From contig CDMY01000460.1 in assembly GCA_001179505.1 (NCBI GenBank), positions 8,166-72,165 on the forward strand: a DNA stretch of 64,000 nt, written 5' to 3'. Each line of letters starts with the position of its first letter. Position 1 is the first letter of the stretch. Position numbers and translations under genes: made by a program. Below the pieces are notes generated by a model that worked only from the letters and a program-made list of their open reading frames with translations, did not search any database and was not told where the DNA came from. Positions 39,664-51,221 of this stretch are shown here, in pieces. The DNA is from Vitrella brassicaformis CCMP3155. Taxonomy: Eukaryota > Protista > Chromerida.

Positions 39664-42600
39664 TGATGGCGGCGCAACCTGCACAAGCATCATCGTCGTC
39701 ATCAGCTGCAGCAGCGGCACCAGCACCACATGTATGTGGGCAGCTGACACACACACACACACACACACAGTGTGTCATCCTTTAATGAGCTCTGCCTACG
39801 TCGGTCGTTTGTTCGTTTCACCAGGGGGCGCCATGCCGTGGGCCGTGTGGTTACCAGAAGGGCAGTCGTGTGTGGGTGGTGACGGAGAAGCGGGACGAGG
39901 GCGAGCAGGAGTGGGTCAAGGCGGACGTCTACCGCATCGACGGGAGGACGGTGTACATGCGGGAGGTGGGCGGCGGGGAGGGCTTCAAAGTCACTGTGCC
40001 GACCAAGACCATTCCGCCCACAGAGCTGACGCCACACGCGGTGAGCAAATGAACGACAAGATGATTGACCCACTGGTCCACTCATGTTTCCGTTCTGTCT
40101 GAGTGCAGGTGTGTGACGGCTTCCGTTATCTCCGCTCAGGGACGCCGCTCAAGGAAACACACTACGGCAGCAAGAAGGTACACACACACACCCCTACACT
40201 CACAGCACACGGATGTCCGGTCTGTTCACCGTTCATCATTCCTTCCCCTCTCCCCCTGTCAGGCCGTTGACCGTCTCGGCAATGACGAGTTGGCATCGCT
40301 GTTCGGCTTTTTCAGCCCTTGCGAGCTGTCCGCCCTCTTCTCACACCGCTCCCCCGTCCGCAACGGAGCTGTCCAGCAGCACAGCCACATCACCATCGAC
40401 GCATCCACGCCCGCCGAGTGTCAGTTTTGGACCAGCACGACCACACAGGACGCCTTCAAGCTCGGCAGACGGCTGACCAATCTGACGTCCGCTCACGTGG
40501 TGCAGCCACACACCCATCTGGAATGGTGCGTGAAGACATTGACGGCCGTCGTGGAGGGCCATGCTGCGGGCCGCCGGGCGGCGCGGGAGAGGGAGAGCTC
40601 CATCGAGTCCATCCACTTCAGCTGCCCGACCGACGTCCGTGCCGGCCAGGTGTCCATCCCGGCCCCGGCATCCTTCTCTCCCCCTCCCCTCTCCCCGTGT
40701 CCAGCTGCCGTCCCTCAAGAGCATCACGGGCCTTCGTGAAGCCCACGAGATGCTCGAACGGGGCTTGGTGATGCCTCACCTGGAGGTCGTGACCACGGGA
40801 GGAACCTTCAGGCTTGCGACGGACGACTTCGTCCGCTTTCTGCGGCAGCTGATCAAGACGTCTTGGTCCCTGAAGCGGCTGGCCGTGGGTGGGCTTCGTC
40901 GCAAGGCGACGCTCTGCGTCCTAGCGGGCATCCCTGAGGGCGAGAGGGGGGAGAGGGGGCCGCTGGCGGGGCTCGAGCATCTGTCGACGGTTTACCTGGG
41001 ACCCAGGGAGGACTTCGAAGAACTTCAGGCAAGTAGAGGGAAGGCGTCGCAGAGCTCACACATCATTGTGCTGTGTCGGTCTCCTCTTCAGAGGCTGTTG
41101 GTTTCTCGCGGCTGCAAGCAGTCAATCCGCCATCTCGGGGTTGGCAGCGCCGTGCCTTTACGGGACCTTCCACGAGGGGAGCGTCATTGGCTCCATTCCC
41201 TCAAGCCCTTCGCCGAGGCAGTCGCGTCGCCCTCCGTCGACATCGAGTGCTGCCTGCCCGCTGTGGGCTGCCTCAACACATTCCTCGATTCGGCATTGCT
41301 CAACACGCCCTCCCTCGCCAAGCTCCTCCAGGCCATGGCAAAGGGGGCCGGGACGACCGGCCCATTCGGTGGCCCGGAGGGGGACGCCATCACACTGGAG
41401 GTCACGCAGGCCATCGTCGACGGCAGCAACGACGTGATGGGGCCCCTCACCGAGAGGGCGCAGCAGACGGCAGCCAGACTCACATTCGAGAAGGTGAAGA
41501 AGGTGGTGATCTGGGCGCCGGAGGGTCTGGACATCCCCGAGGACTTCCCTCCCCCTTCCATCCCCGCACTCCAGCACCTGTCGCCCCAGGCATTCCCCAA
41601 CGCGACACAGCTGTTTGTGGGAGCAAGACCCGTCGGTCCCCAGGGGCCCCAGGCAGCTGCGGATCTCACGAGCCGGATGCCGGCGCTCGACCACCTGACA
41701 CTCACGCCTACTGCACCTGACACCGTCGACATGCTGAGATCGATCGGCGACCGAGTGCCACGCAAGGTGCAGCTGGAGGGTTTTCACATGGGCCTTCCAC
41801 CCCCCCCCCCCAANNNNNNNNNNNNNNNNNNNNNNNNNNNNNNNNNNNNNNNNNNNNNNNNNNNNNNNNNNNNNNNNNNNNNNNNNNNNNNNNNNNNNNN
41901 NNNNNNNNNNNNNNNNNNNNNNNNNNNNNNNNNNNNNNNNNNNNNNNNNNNNNNNNNNNNNNNNNNNNNNNNNNNNNNNNNNNNNNNNNNNNNNNNNNNN
42001 NNNNNNNNNNNNNNNNNNNNNNNNNNNNNNNNNNNNNNNNNNNNNNNNNNNNNNNNNNNNNNNNNNNNNNNNNNNNNNNNNNNNNNNNNNNNNNNNNNNN
42101 NNNNNNNNNNNNNCCCCCCCCCCCCAATCCACTGCCCCCTGCGTCTCTGCCCCGCGTCAAGCACCTGTTGGTCATGGGCACTCAGGGCATGTCTGCGGCC
42201 AAGGCGGCGGTGGCCGGCATGAGCTCACTGGATGAGGCGATAGTGGACACGGCTGGTGTAGCAGGGTTGCTGACGGCGATGGGCGGCGGGCGGACGCTCA
42301 AGTCGCTGCAACTTACCTTTCATCCACGTAGTTTCCGCGCCCTCGAGTCTGCTGATCTGACCCACCTGCCCAAAGTTGAACGCGTGTTTGTGCCAGGTAC
42401 ACAACAAGTGCGTCACTCTTCTTCACATCTGTTCGCTTTCACACAGTTTTCGATCGTACCGTCTGGCCTGCTGCCGATGTCCTTGCCGGTGTGAAGGCCT
42501 TGTGCCGTCTGCGAGACCTGCAGCGGTTCGAGCTCTTCCTCCCTGAGGCACCCGAGGACCGCATCGGTGGCCCTAGAGACCCCATCCACGTGTTGTTGGG

Positions 42601-43092
42601 CGAGATGCAGCAGCGACACGGCACGACACTGGGCACACTGGTAAAGGAGAACACACCAGCGCAGCAGGGGCTCCATGCCTCCAGCGGTCGCATCGACTGT
42701 CGTCTGCTGCTCGACGCTCGCGACATACAGCAGGTCAGTGATGTGTGTGCATTGCTCCCTCGTCCATCCATGCAGTCATTTTTCACTTTCACTTGCCCTC
42801 ATGTGCCATGATGTGTCCGATGCAGTTGCTCATGTTAGACGCTCAGATCGCAACCAATGCCGCCAACGACCACACCACCGGTGAGCACAAAGGCTGTCTG
42901 TCTGTGCAGAGACGAGTTTTGTTGATGGGCTGTCTGAGGTTTCCATGCGTCTCTGCAGGAAGTGAGAGTGTCGGTGCAGGGCGGCCGTCGGTGGACGAGG
43001 TGTCTGGCCAAGAAGGTGGAGGTGCGAGTGGTGGCGCGGTGCGTTCGTGGGTGGATGTGGTCATGAGCCGCCCAGCTTCAGGCAGCAAGTAG
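39664..43092 (+). CDS. SH3-like (myosin N-terminal type) + F-box-like + degenerate repeat protein of an expanded lineage-specific type; spans a gap
   Basis: KGSRVWVV...WVKADVYRIDGRTV; RLGNDELASLFGFFSPCEL; a 55-nt GT-AG intron (40650-40704) restores the frame into LPSLKSITGL; long exon to the gap; later exons end SGSK* at 43092. Confidence 0.65.
41814..42113. other. Assembly gap (300 N) between poly-C tracts
   Basis: N run flanked by C homopolymers. Confidence 1.
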
Positions 43093-43255
43093 CAGCGCAT
43101 CAGCAGCCAGCGGGGCGGGGAGGAATGGGTGAGGGGAGAGGGCTACAGAGGAGTGAGGGAGGGTGTGTAGAGATCGATTCCTGCCCAGCTCCAGGCAGCA
43201 AGTAGCAGCGCATCAGCAGCGAGTGGGGTGGGGAGGGGGGAGTAAGAGGGCTGAC
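43066..43255 (+). repeat. Two ~75-bp imperfect direct repeats with G-rich tails
   Basis: CCCAGCT(T/C)CAGGCAGCAAGTAGCAGCGCATCAGCAGC... at ~43070 and ~43185. Confidence 0.85.
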
Positions 43256-43723
43256 CTGACCGGGTGATGGGTGCGGTGCAAGTGTGTGCGATGCAAGTGT
43301 GTGCGAGTATGAATGTGTGTATGTCTATGGACCGATTCATGAATGAATGTGTGTTCGTCCATGACATTAATGTGGTGTGTGATGACATGACCGGCTCACT
43401 GCATGAGCGACACTCACTTCATTCTCAGAAGCGCTGTCAAGTGTCCCTCCTGACTGACACGAAAAACTCGCCACCCACACACTCACCTCAGACAAATGCA
43501 CAGCGTGCACACACCAACTTCCTCCCTCCCTCCCTCCCTCCCACCTTTGGTCACCAACACGAATTCATCAGCCGGCTGCCTGTACACATATACTATGCAC
43601 CCACCCACCAATCCATCCATCCCCAAGTAGGTATACACGAAAGCAACACGCACGCAACAAAACACGTGTGTCCACGAAAACCAATCTATTCGCGACAGCT
43701 CAATGCAGACCTCCATCCACCGT

Positions 43724-44427
43724 CTATTCCGCTATCTGCAGACACACAGACACAGGCGCATTGTGTGTCGGACGGTTGGCTGTGGATTGTCTGTCTATCT
43801 GTGTGTGTGTGTATGACCTCGACTCTGACAGTGACGATAGGCGGTGCGACGCCCGGGTGGTCACAAAACGACATCGGGTCGATCATCGGCTTGTCCTTGA
43901 AATACAACGACTGACTCATCCACACACACACACACACATACACAGAAAATACAGCAGTGAGCCAGGTGAGCCCTCTCTCGCGTACAATTTTGTTGTAGGG
44001 TATCTCGAGTTTTTGTGAGAGCATCAGCTTGACGTAGCCGACCTCCTTGCTCACAGGCAGCTGCAGCAAACCACGCCAGCCAACACACATCCACCCTTTG
44101 CCTCCTGTTCGTGTCTGTGGTGCTGACATACATACCACCATATCGTCGGATGAGCCGTCCGGCAGCTGTAGCTGAACCTAAGCGAAGGGAGAAAAGGCAC
44201 AGCACAGAAGTGGTGCTGGCTGCCATTCTGTCTGCCCGGTTTGTGTGTGCCTCACCGTGATGTTGGCTCCGTGCAGAGCCTCTTCTTCCTGCTTCCGCAG
44301 CCTGAAGGACAAGACAGAACAGACAACAGAGCCGTTGACAAGGCATTGTGGGTCTGTTCTGGGTCTGCATGGCCTACTCTTCGTTCTTGGGTGGGAGAGC
44401 GAGACCTCCTGTGCCCTCTGACGCCAT
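43724..44427 (-). CDS. Small ubiquitin-like-fold protein (5 exons)
   Basis: Splices cleanly to MASEGTGGLALPPKNEELRKQEEEALHGANITVQLQLPDGSSDDMLPVSKEVGYVKLMLSQKLEIPYNKISLYFKDKPMIDPMSFCDHPGVAPPIVTVRVEIAE*. The strand/helix pattern resembles ubiquitin. Confidence 0.75.
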
Positions 44428-44620
44428 TTCAGCGGCCCCGGTTGATAGATGGCACAGACGACGGATGGAAAAGGAGAGAGCCCGATTTAAGAGTGACGAG
44501 AAACGCAGAAAAGCCTCAAAGCACCGCCCTCCCCATGAGCTAAGCTCGCAGCAGCCAAGCGATCGTTTCTGGGGGAACGGCGAGAGGGAAGGGGAAAGAG
44601 AGGTTCGGTTGTGTTGCACG
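44428..44620. promoter_or_regulatory. Short head-to-head intergenic region (candidate bidirectional promoter)
   Basis: Only 193 bp separate the divergent ATGs at 44427 (-) and 44621 (+). Confidence 0.5.
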
Positions 44621-47600
44621 ATGGCCGAGGACGATTCGATGGTAGATCTGACTGATGAGATGGAGCAGCAGCAGCTTGCAGAGGATGCTGATGGAGCCGA
44701 CGGAGAGGGAACCTACGACCAGGTGACAGTAGGAGGGTGCACGAGGGCAGAGCAGACAAGAAACACGCGGCATTCCCGTCTGTGTGTGTCGTGATCTCCA
44801 GGGGATGGATGATCTGAGAAGCCAGGTGGCGGCTCTTGATGCCGAGATTGCAGTGACTGAGGAGGAGTTGGCGTCCATTCGTTCCCGGCTGCAGCAGCTG
44901 CGGCATGAGCGTGCGTCCAAGCAGAGTGCCCTCGAGGCATACATCAAACGCAAGAGGTCAGCCGGCTGCCGTTACCTAGTACGTGGCCGCTGCTGTCGTT
45001 CACCATCGACTGGTGTCTGTCCGTCAGGTCCAAGTGTGACTGGAGCAGTGAGTACGCGTGGAGCTCTGACGTCAGGCGAATCGCTGACGAGTACTTTGGG
45101 TAAAAGGGCAGACGAGGGAACAGACCATCTGGCTGGAAGAAGGGCCGGTCTCCGGGTTGCTCTGTGTGCTTGCCTTGCAGTGTGCGTGAGTTTCGGCGCA
45201 ACCAGCTGGAGTGTATCAACGCCATCCTCTCCAACGAGGACACTTTCCTCATCATGCCCACAGGCGGCGGCAAGTCGCTCTGCTTCCAAGTCCCCACGCT
45301 GGTGTGGTCGAGTGGTCTGACGCTGGTGGTGTCGCCCCTCATTGCCCTCATGAGCGACCAGGTCATGATCCTGCGGTCGCTGGGCATCGGCGCAGCCATG
45401 ATGACGTCGTCGAGCTCCAAAGAGGAGAACAACCAGGTGAGAGAGAGGACGGCCAAATGACAACACTGCGACCTATCAGCATGACACGAGTGCCATTGGT
45501 TCAGGTGCGGGATTGGATGAAGACGCTGCACGGCCCCAGCAAGGGCGGTCAGGCAGCGTTGGAAGCTGCCCTGCGGTTCCTGTACGTGACGCCTGAGCGT
45601 GTGGCAAAGAGCAAACTATTCATGAGCAGCCTCGAGAAGATCCACGCAGCCAAGAACCTGTCGCTGATGGTTGTGGATGAGGTGCACTGCGTGTCGCAGT
45701 GGGGGCACTCCTTCCGGCAAGACTACCAGGTACCAAGAACACCTCACACATGCACCCCAGCTGGATGGCCAGTGAGTGCACGTGTTGTGTGTCCCTCCCT
45801 GGTTCAGCATTTGATCATCTTGAAGCGACAGTTCCCGAGTGTGCCTCTGCTGGCGCTGACGGCCACAGCAACGCCCCAGGTGGTGCAGGACGTCCAGAAG
45901 ACCCTCGAGGTCCCCAACTCCATCGTCTTCAAATCGCATTGCAATAGGCCCCACCTCTTCTACCAGGTCAGTCAGCAAAAACAGCAAAACAGAGTGCAGG
46001 TGCGTCCATGCTGTCGTCTTGTGGCGTGTGTCTTTCAGGTTGCGGCCAAGCCCAAGCAGCCCGACGATGTGCTGCAGGTGATGGCTGGCTTCATCAAGCA
46101 GCTCGACAAGACCGCTGCGGGCATCGTCTACTGCCTGTGAGTGACCACACCACACCACACCACACCACACAGACAGACAGACAGACAGCCATACAGGTGA
46201 CCAGTGAGCAGACACTCCGTTTTGGCGATTGGTTACACACATGATTCATTGCCTGACTGACAGGTCCAAGAAGGACGCTCAGGCGGTGTGTGCGGGCCTG
46301 AATGCGAAAGACATCCCATCGGCATTCTACCACGCTGACCTCGATGGCGCCGACAGACAGCAAGTGCACCACCAGTAAGTGTCTGCAGACAGGGCCATCT
46401 AACACAATGCCCGACCGGTCGCTACAACGCTGCGAACTGTCAACATATCAGGTGGTCGTCGGGTGCTGTCCGTGTCGTCGTTGCAACAATCGCCTTCGGT
46501 ATGTCGGCAAGAGCACACCACCCGTACGTGGATGTGGCTCACTCAATGATGCTGTCTGTGTGTGTCTAGGCATGGGCATTCACAAGGACGACGTGCGGTT
46601 CGTTATCCACCACACGCTGCCCAAGTCACCCGACAACTACTACCAGGAGAGTGGCAGGGCGGGGCGCGACGGAAGGCCCGCCTACTGCCTCCTGCTCTAC
46701 AGGTACCTGCACACGCACACACACACACATCCCACACGAAAGTGGACACACTGTTGGTGGTGCTGTGTGCTGTGGCCGTCAGGCCTTCTGACGTGGTGCG
46801 TCACTCGGTGATGGTGTTTCACGAGACGACGGGCCTCGACCTCCTTTACAAGATGGTCAGCTTCTGCCACGCACAGGAGTGCAGACGCAGGTCAGTGAAT
46901 CACCAGCTGCACTAGATCACATACAGACAGACGGACAGCCTCACTGTCGCCTCTGTGTGCATCAATCAGCATGATCATCAGTCACTTCGGCGATGAGGGT
47001 GTGGCGTGTGGCGGCATGTGCGACGTCTGCAAACGACCAGCATGCGACAGCTCAGAGGCAGCCGCGTCAGCATCTGCATCAGCAGTAGCCAAGGGGGGCA
47101 AGAAGGCCAAGGGTGGTCGTGGCAAGGGCGGGGAGGGCATCACTGTGGGTGCGGTGGAGGACGGCGCCGTGTGTCTGCTGGAGATGCTGGCCAAGGTGCA
47201 GGGCACAGAGACCAAGGTCAGAAAGGCGAACCGAAGCCATGGGAACGTATCGTGATGTGTGCACGTCATTCTGTTGGTCTGCCTTTTGTCAGTATACGCT
47301 TCTGCAGTGTGCGACTGAGTGGAAGAAGCTGCTGGGCAAGCAGAAAGGGGCCCTCAAGGGCGACATCGACACCTGCCAGCACCTCATCGTGTCACTCATA
47401 CTCGAGGGATTCATCAAGGTCAGCAAGCCAACCACCGCAAAGCTGTGCGAACGCAGGTGTGTGCGTCTGTGTTATCGGTTGTCCAGGAGGAGTTTTCACA
47501 CACGCCCTACAGCACCAACAGCTACTGCGTCATCACCCGACGGGGCACAAACGCACTGCAACGGCTGCAGAACGGTACTGTACACACACACACACAAACA

Positions 47601-48488
47601 CACACACCGGAGAGACCCTGATGCCGTTGACTCATCGAAGGATCGAGGGTCGTGTTGCGTTGACGGTTCTGCAGGTCAGCGAGGGGTTCTTCCCAGCCAC
47701 GTGACACAGGGGATCGAGGCACTCTCGACCGCCGCAGACACCGACACATTCTTCGTGCACGAGGTGAGTGACTGACTCATGTGTTCGCAGTGTTGGTGTC
47801 TTCGTCAATGTGTGTGTGTGCAGGTGATGCAGGAGTCCTCGTCCAGTAGTGCCGCTGCAGGGTCGGCACCGACAGACCGGCGGGCGACACAGGAGTTCAA
47901 AACGCTCCGGCAGCAAATCGCAAACGAGATCGGTACGTTCGGATGAGAGGGACCCCGCGATCATCATCGCAGCGTGTGGTGCAACCTTTCTGCCCATGTG
48001 CGTATCAATCAGATGTGTACGCGCACTTCATCCTCAGCGACAGCCAGATCCAGGAGCTGATTCGCTTCAGCCGGGGCAGCGATCCCCTCACCCTCGATGC
48101 ACTCCAGGCGTCAAGTATTCTGACCAGCCGCCGTATCGAGCTGCACGGCCAACGCATCCTACACACATGCAGGTACGTTACACGGCCGATTGATTACACT
48201 GATGTGTGTGTGAATGTCTGTGTGCTGGATGGATCGTTCAGTCGTGTGCGAAGCGGGTCATTCTCAGCTGCGGTTGTGCCAGGGCCTTTCCCAGCAGCAG
48301 CAGCAGCAGCTGCTGCTGCAGCGTCGTCAGCTCATGATGCGATCGTGGTGGATGACGACGACGAGCAAGAGGGTGGCAAGGGCGGCAAGAAGAAGAAGAG
48401 GCGCAGACTGGTCAAGGGAGACGAGGATGAGGAGGGGGAGGAGGAAGGCCATGAGATGAATGACGATTGGGGTGAGATGAATGATTGA
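44621..48488 (+). CDS. RECQL: RecQ-family DNA helicase, RECQL/RecQ1-like (N-terminal coiled coil, Zn-binding and winged-helix regions)
   Basis: [93 protein letters not shown]...CGGMCDVC. Confidence 0.93.
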
Positions 48489-48583
48489 TCGCATGTATTA
48501 TCGATTGGTTGACTGACGAACGTCCAAGTAGAATGTGCTCAGATGACATGACCTTCACATGACTGTCTGAGGTCACCGCATGT

Positions 48584-49431
48584 TCACGTCAATTCAAAAT
48601 CAACATCGCGCACACAGACATCGTCACTGCAAACGACCAACCCGATATAAAATGTAGGCAACGATGTGTCGCTGCCGTCACCCATCGCCACTTCTCCCCG
48701 CCACGCCACACGCCTGCCAGTGCGGACCTCCTCGGCGATGCAGTAGCACTGCCGCAACTCCTGTCTCACAAAAATGTCCGTCAGATCCTGCGATTCTCCG
48801 TACAACCGCAAGTCACCAACTGAACAAGCACAGGAAAATCCCTCATTCAGGCGAAGTGTCAATCTTGCTCATGCTGGTTTGTCTTACTGTCCAGGTCCCG
48901 GAGCGAGCTGTGCTTGGCCTGCACCTTCAGGAGACAGGGCAGCCGCGTTGGCGTCCTTGGTGGGGCCGAAGGGAGACAGCACTTGTGCGATGGTGGCGGG
49001 GGATAGGTTGTCGCTCAGCCCGTCCGTGAAGACCACGATGCAGTCCTTGTCTTGGACGGGCACACTGGCGACGCTCATGCCCTGCTGCGTCTTCAGCTGG
49101 TCAGCTGTTGGGGTGGGGGGGGGCGTGCCGTCGCTGCTGGTGGCGGGTGGCAGCATGGCCAGCTGAAGGGGGCGGTTGGGCTCGGTTGGATCCACCATAG
49201 GGGCCGTCCGGTGGATCTCCCAAGGCCTTCCCGAGATGAGGGGCGACGGAGGACCATGGCGCCCGAGTCGCCAAAGTTGGCGATGTCGGCGGAGATGGAC
49301 CCGTCGGCCTCCTCACTCAATGCCATCCCAACTGCCGTGGTGCCGCCCACACGCCCGGGGGGGCTGCGTGAGAAGTGAAAGAAGTTCCTGTCGCGATATA
49401 AAATGTAGACAGCGATATCCACTGCAGACAA
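48584..49431 (-). pseudogene. PP2C (PPM)/PTC7-like phosphatase domain, one frameshift, spliced to the kinase tail
   Basis: GGTTAVG (~49340), DIANFGDSGAMVLRR (~49270), NRPLQL and DCIVVFTDGLSDNL (~49020); a possible final DD motif (SDDVCV) at ~48620. The frame changes near 49200. Confidence 0.75.
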
Positions 49432-49479
49432 TCAGACAGAGACATAAGGTTATATCGTTTAGACGCCCTTCTGTGCCGC

Positions 49480-50921
49480 ACCACCATTTGCAGCAGCGCC
49501 ACCCTCCCTTTCCCCCCCGACCATCTCCTGCGCCAGCAGTCGCTCGATGCTCAGCCGCTCGGCCTCCTTTGGCGCCATGCCGCCTTTGATGAGGCGAAGG
49601 GCCATGGAAAGGTCTATCACCGGCTCTCCTCGGCCATTGCCTCCTGCCGCGCCTTCTCGGCTTCTTCGTCGGCCACCGCCCTGAGCAGGACGTAGTCCTT
49701 CTCACTGTGGGCTGACTGGCCGTCCTTGATGGTGGTAATGGCCTTCTCGACGGTCTGCACCAGCCAGTCGTGGCGGTTCTGGGCCTTCTCGGCTTTGATC
49801 ACCCTCTCAGCCTTCTCGATGGTCTTAGCGATGGCCTGCAGCTCAGGCTTCTTGGGAGCGGAGAGGCGAATGGGCTGTCGCACCAGGTTGGTCTCCCGCT
49901 GGAGGGGCCTGCTGAAGTACTGCGTGAATGCTGGCCACACCCCCTGATCGCAGAAGAAGAGCTGGTTCCTCCTCTTGGCGCCATAGTAGTCGCCGGCATT
50001 GTTGTGGATTTGGTCCATGTGAGGGCGAGGAGCAGGTGGACGAGCAATGAGCAGAGTTTGTAGGTGTCGCTCGACCGACTCACAGGACCAAAGTGGGCGC
50101 CGCCGCTGCTGCTGCTGCTGCTGGTGATGTTGTTGAGGACGTTTTTGCAGGGAGCACTTGTAGCCCCGTCTCGTCATCCGCTGATGGTCTGTGTGTGTGC
50201 TCGCGTATTTTGTGGTCGTCCCTTGCAGACACGGGGTCGCGATGAAAAGGGAGCAAATTCCTCTCGCGATACAAAATGTAGCCAGCGATATCTCCTGCAA
50301 AGACAAACAGACAGAGACACAAGGCTGGATCACCTGGAAGAGCTTTCTGTACCGTGAGTGCATTCATCCATCCATTTGCCTTTGGGCTGCTCCTCTCCTC
50401 ACCATGGTGGACTCCTGCAGCGGTGGTGGTGGTGGTGGTGGGGCGTTGATGGTGGGGCTTCGACGGCCTTGACCGTCGTGGGAGGGGGCTGGAGGGGTGA
50501 CTCGGTGTCGGTGACGGGTCCGGGACAGCTCGAATTCGATCCACCTCGCTCCCAGCTCGCCCGCCACCCCACCCTGCACCGTGCTGGTCGGCCGCCACTG
50601 GATGAGGACGTTGTTGCCGCTGGTGTCGCCGTGCACCAGGCCGCTGTCCTCCCCCGCACCGCTGGAGAAGATGTCGGCCAGTTCGCGCAGCAGCGACACT
50701 GCGAGCCGGCGGAAATGGGGGCCCGTGACTCCCAGACGTGCCAGCGTAACCCGCAGGCGCCGCCTCCTGTTCTCGAGAGGGTCGGGGTCGGAGTCCTTGA
50801 ACATGCGGGCTTCGATGAGATCGAAGAGGCTGACGACGTCCGTGCACAGTTCAGGATCGTCCCCGTCGTCGCTCTCGTCGCCGTCATCGGCCTCCTCGAC
50901 CTCGTCGTGACCCGCGTTGCC
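49480..50921 (-). pseudogene. Kinase-family unit (type B C-lobe + helical tail), interrupted by the IAxYILY cassette
   Basis: LVHGDTSGNNVLIQW, RWIEFELS, SSDTYKLCSLL, PHMDQI, FSRPLQRETNLVR, KAQNRHDWL. Indels at ~50522, ~50023 and ~49621. Confidence 0.8.
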
Positions 50922-51221
50922 NNNNNNNNNNNNNNNNNNNNNNNNNNNNNNNNNNNNNNNNNNNNNNNNNNNNNNNNNNNNNNNNNNNNNNNNNNNNNNN
51001 NNNNNNNNNNNNNNNNNNNNNNNNNNNNNNNNNNNNNNNNNNNNNNNNNNNNNNNNNNNNNNNNNNNNNNNNNNNNNNNNNNNNNNNNNNNNNNNNNNNN
51101 NNNNNNNNNNNNNNNNNNNNNNNNNNNNNNNNNNNNNNNNNNNNNNNNNNNNNNNNNNNNNNNNNNNNNNNNNNNNNNNNNNNNNNNNNNNNNNNNNNNN
51201 NNNNNNNNNNNNNNNNNNNNN
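50922..51221. other. Assembly gap (300 N) between near-identical kinase units
   Basis: N run. Confidence 1.

Noticed and set aside
40600-40740. Apparent frameshift in the F-box-like gene
   Set aside because: It is explained by a 55-nt GT-AG intron (40650-40704) that restores the frame.
50398-50410. Perfect Kozak-like CCACCATG|gtgagg before the cassette, suggesting an ATG-intron-signal-peptide leader (frame ISLATFCI)
   Set aside because: Synonymous substitution patterns and the phase-1 donors in other copies favour the IAxYILY frame. The SLxTFYI frame hits stops in several copies.
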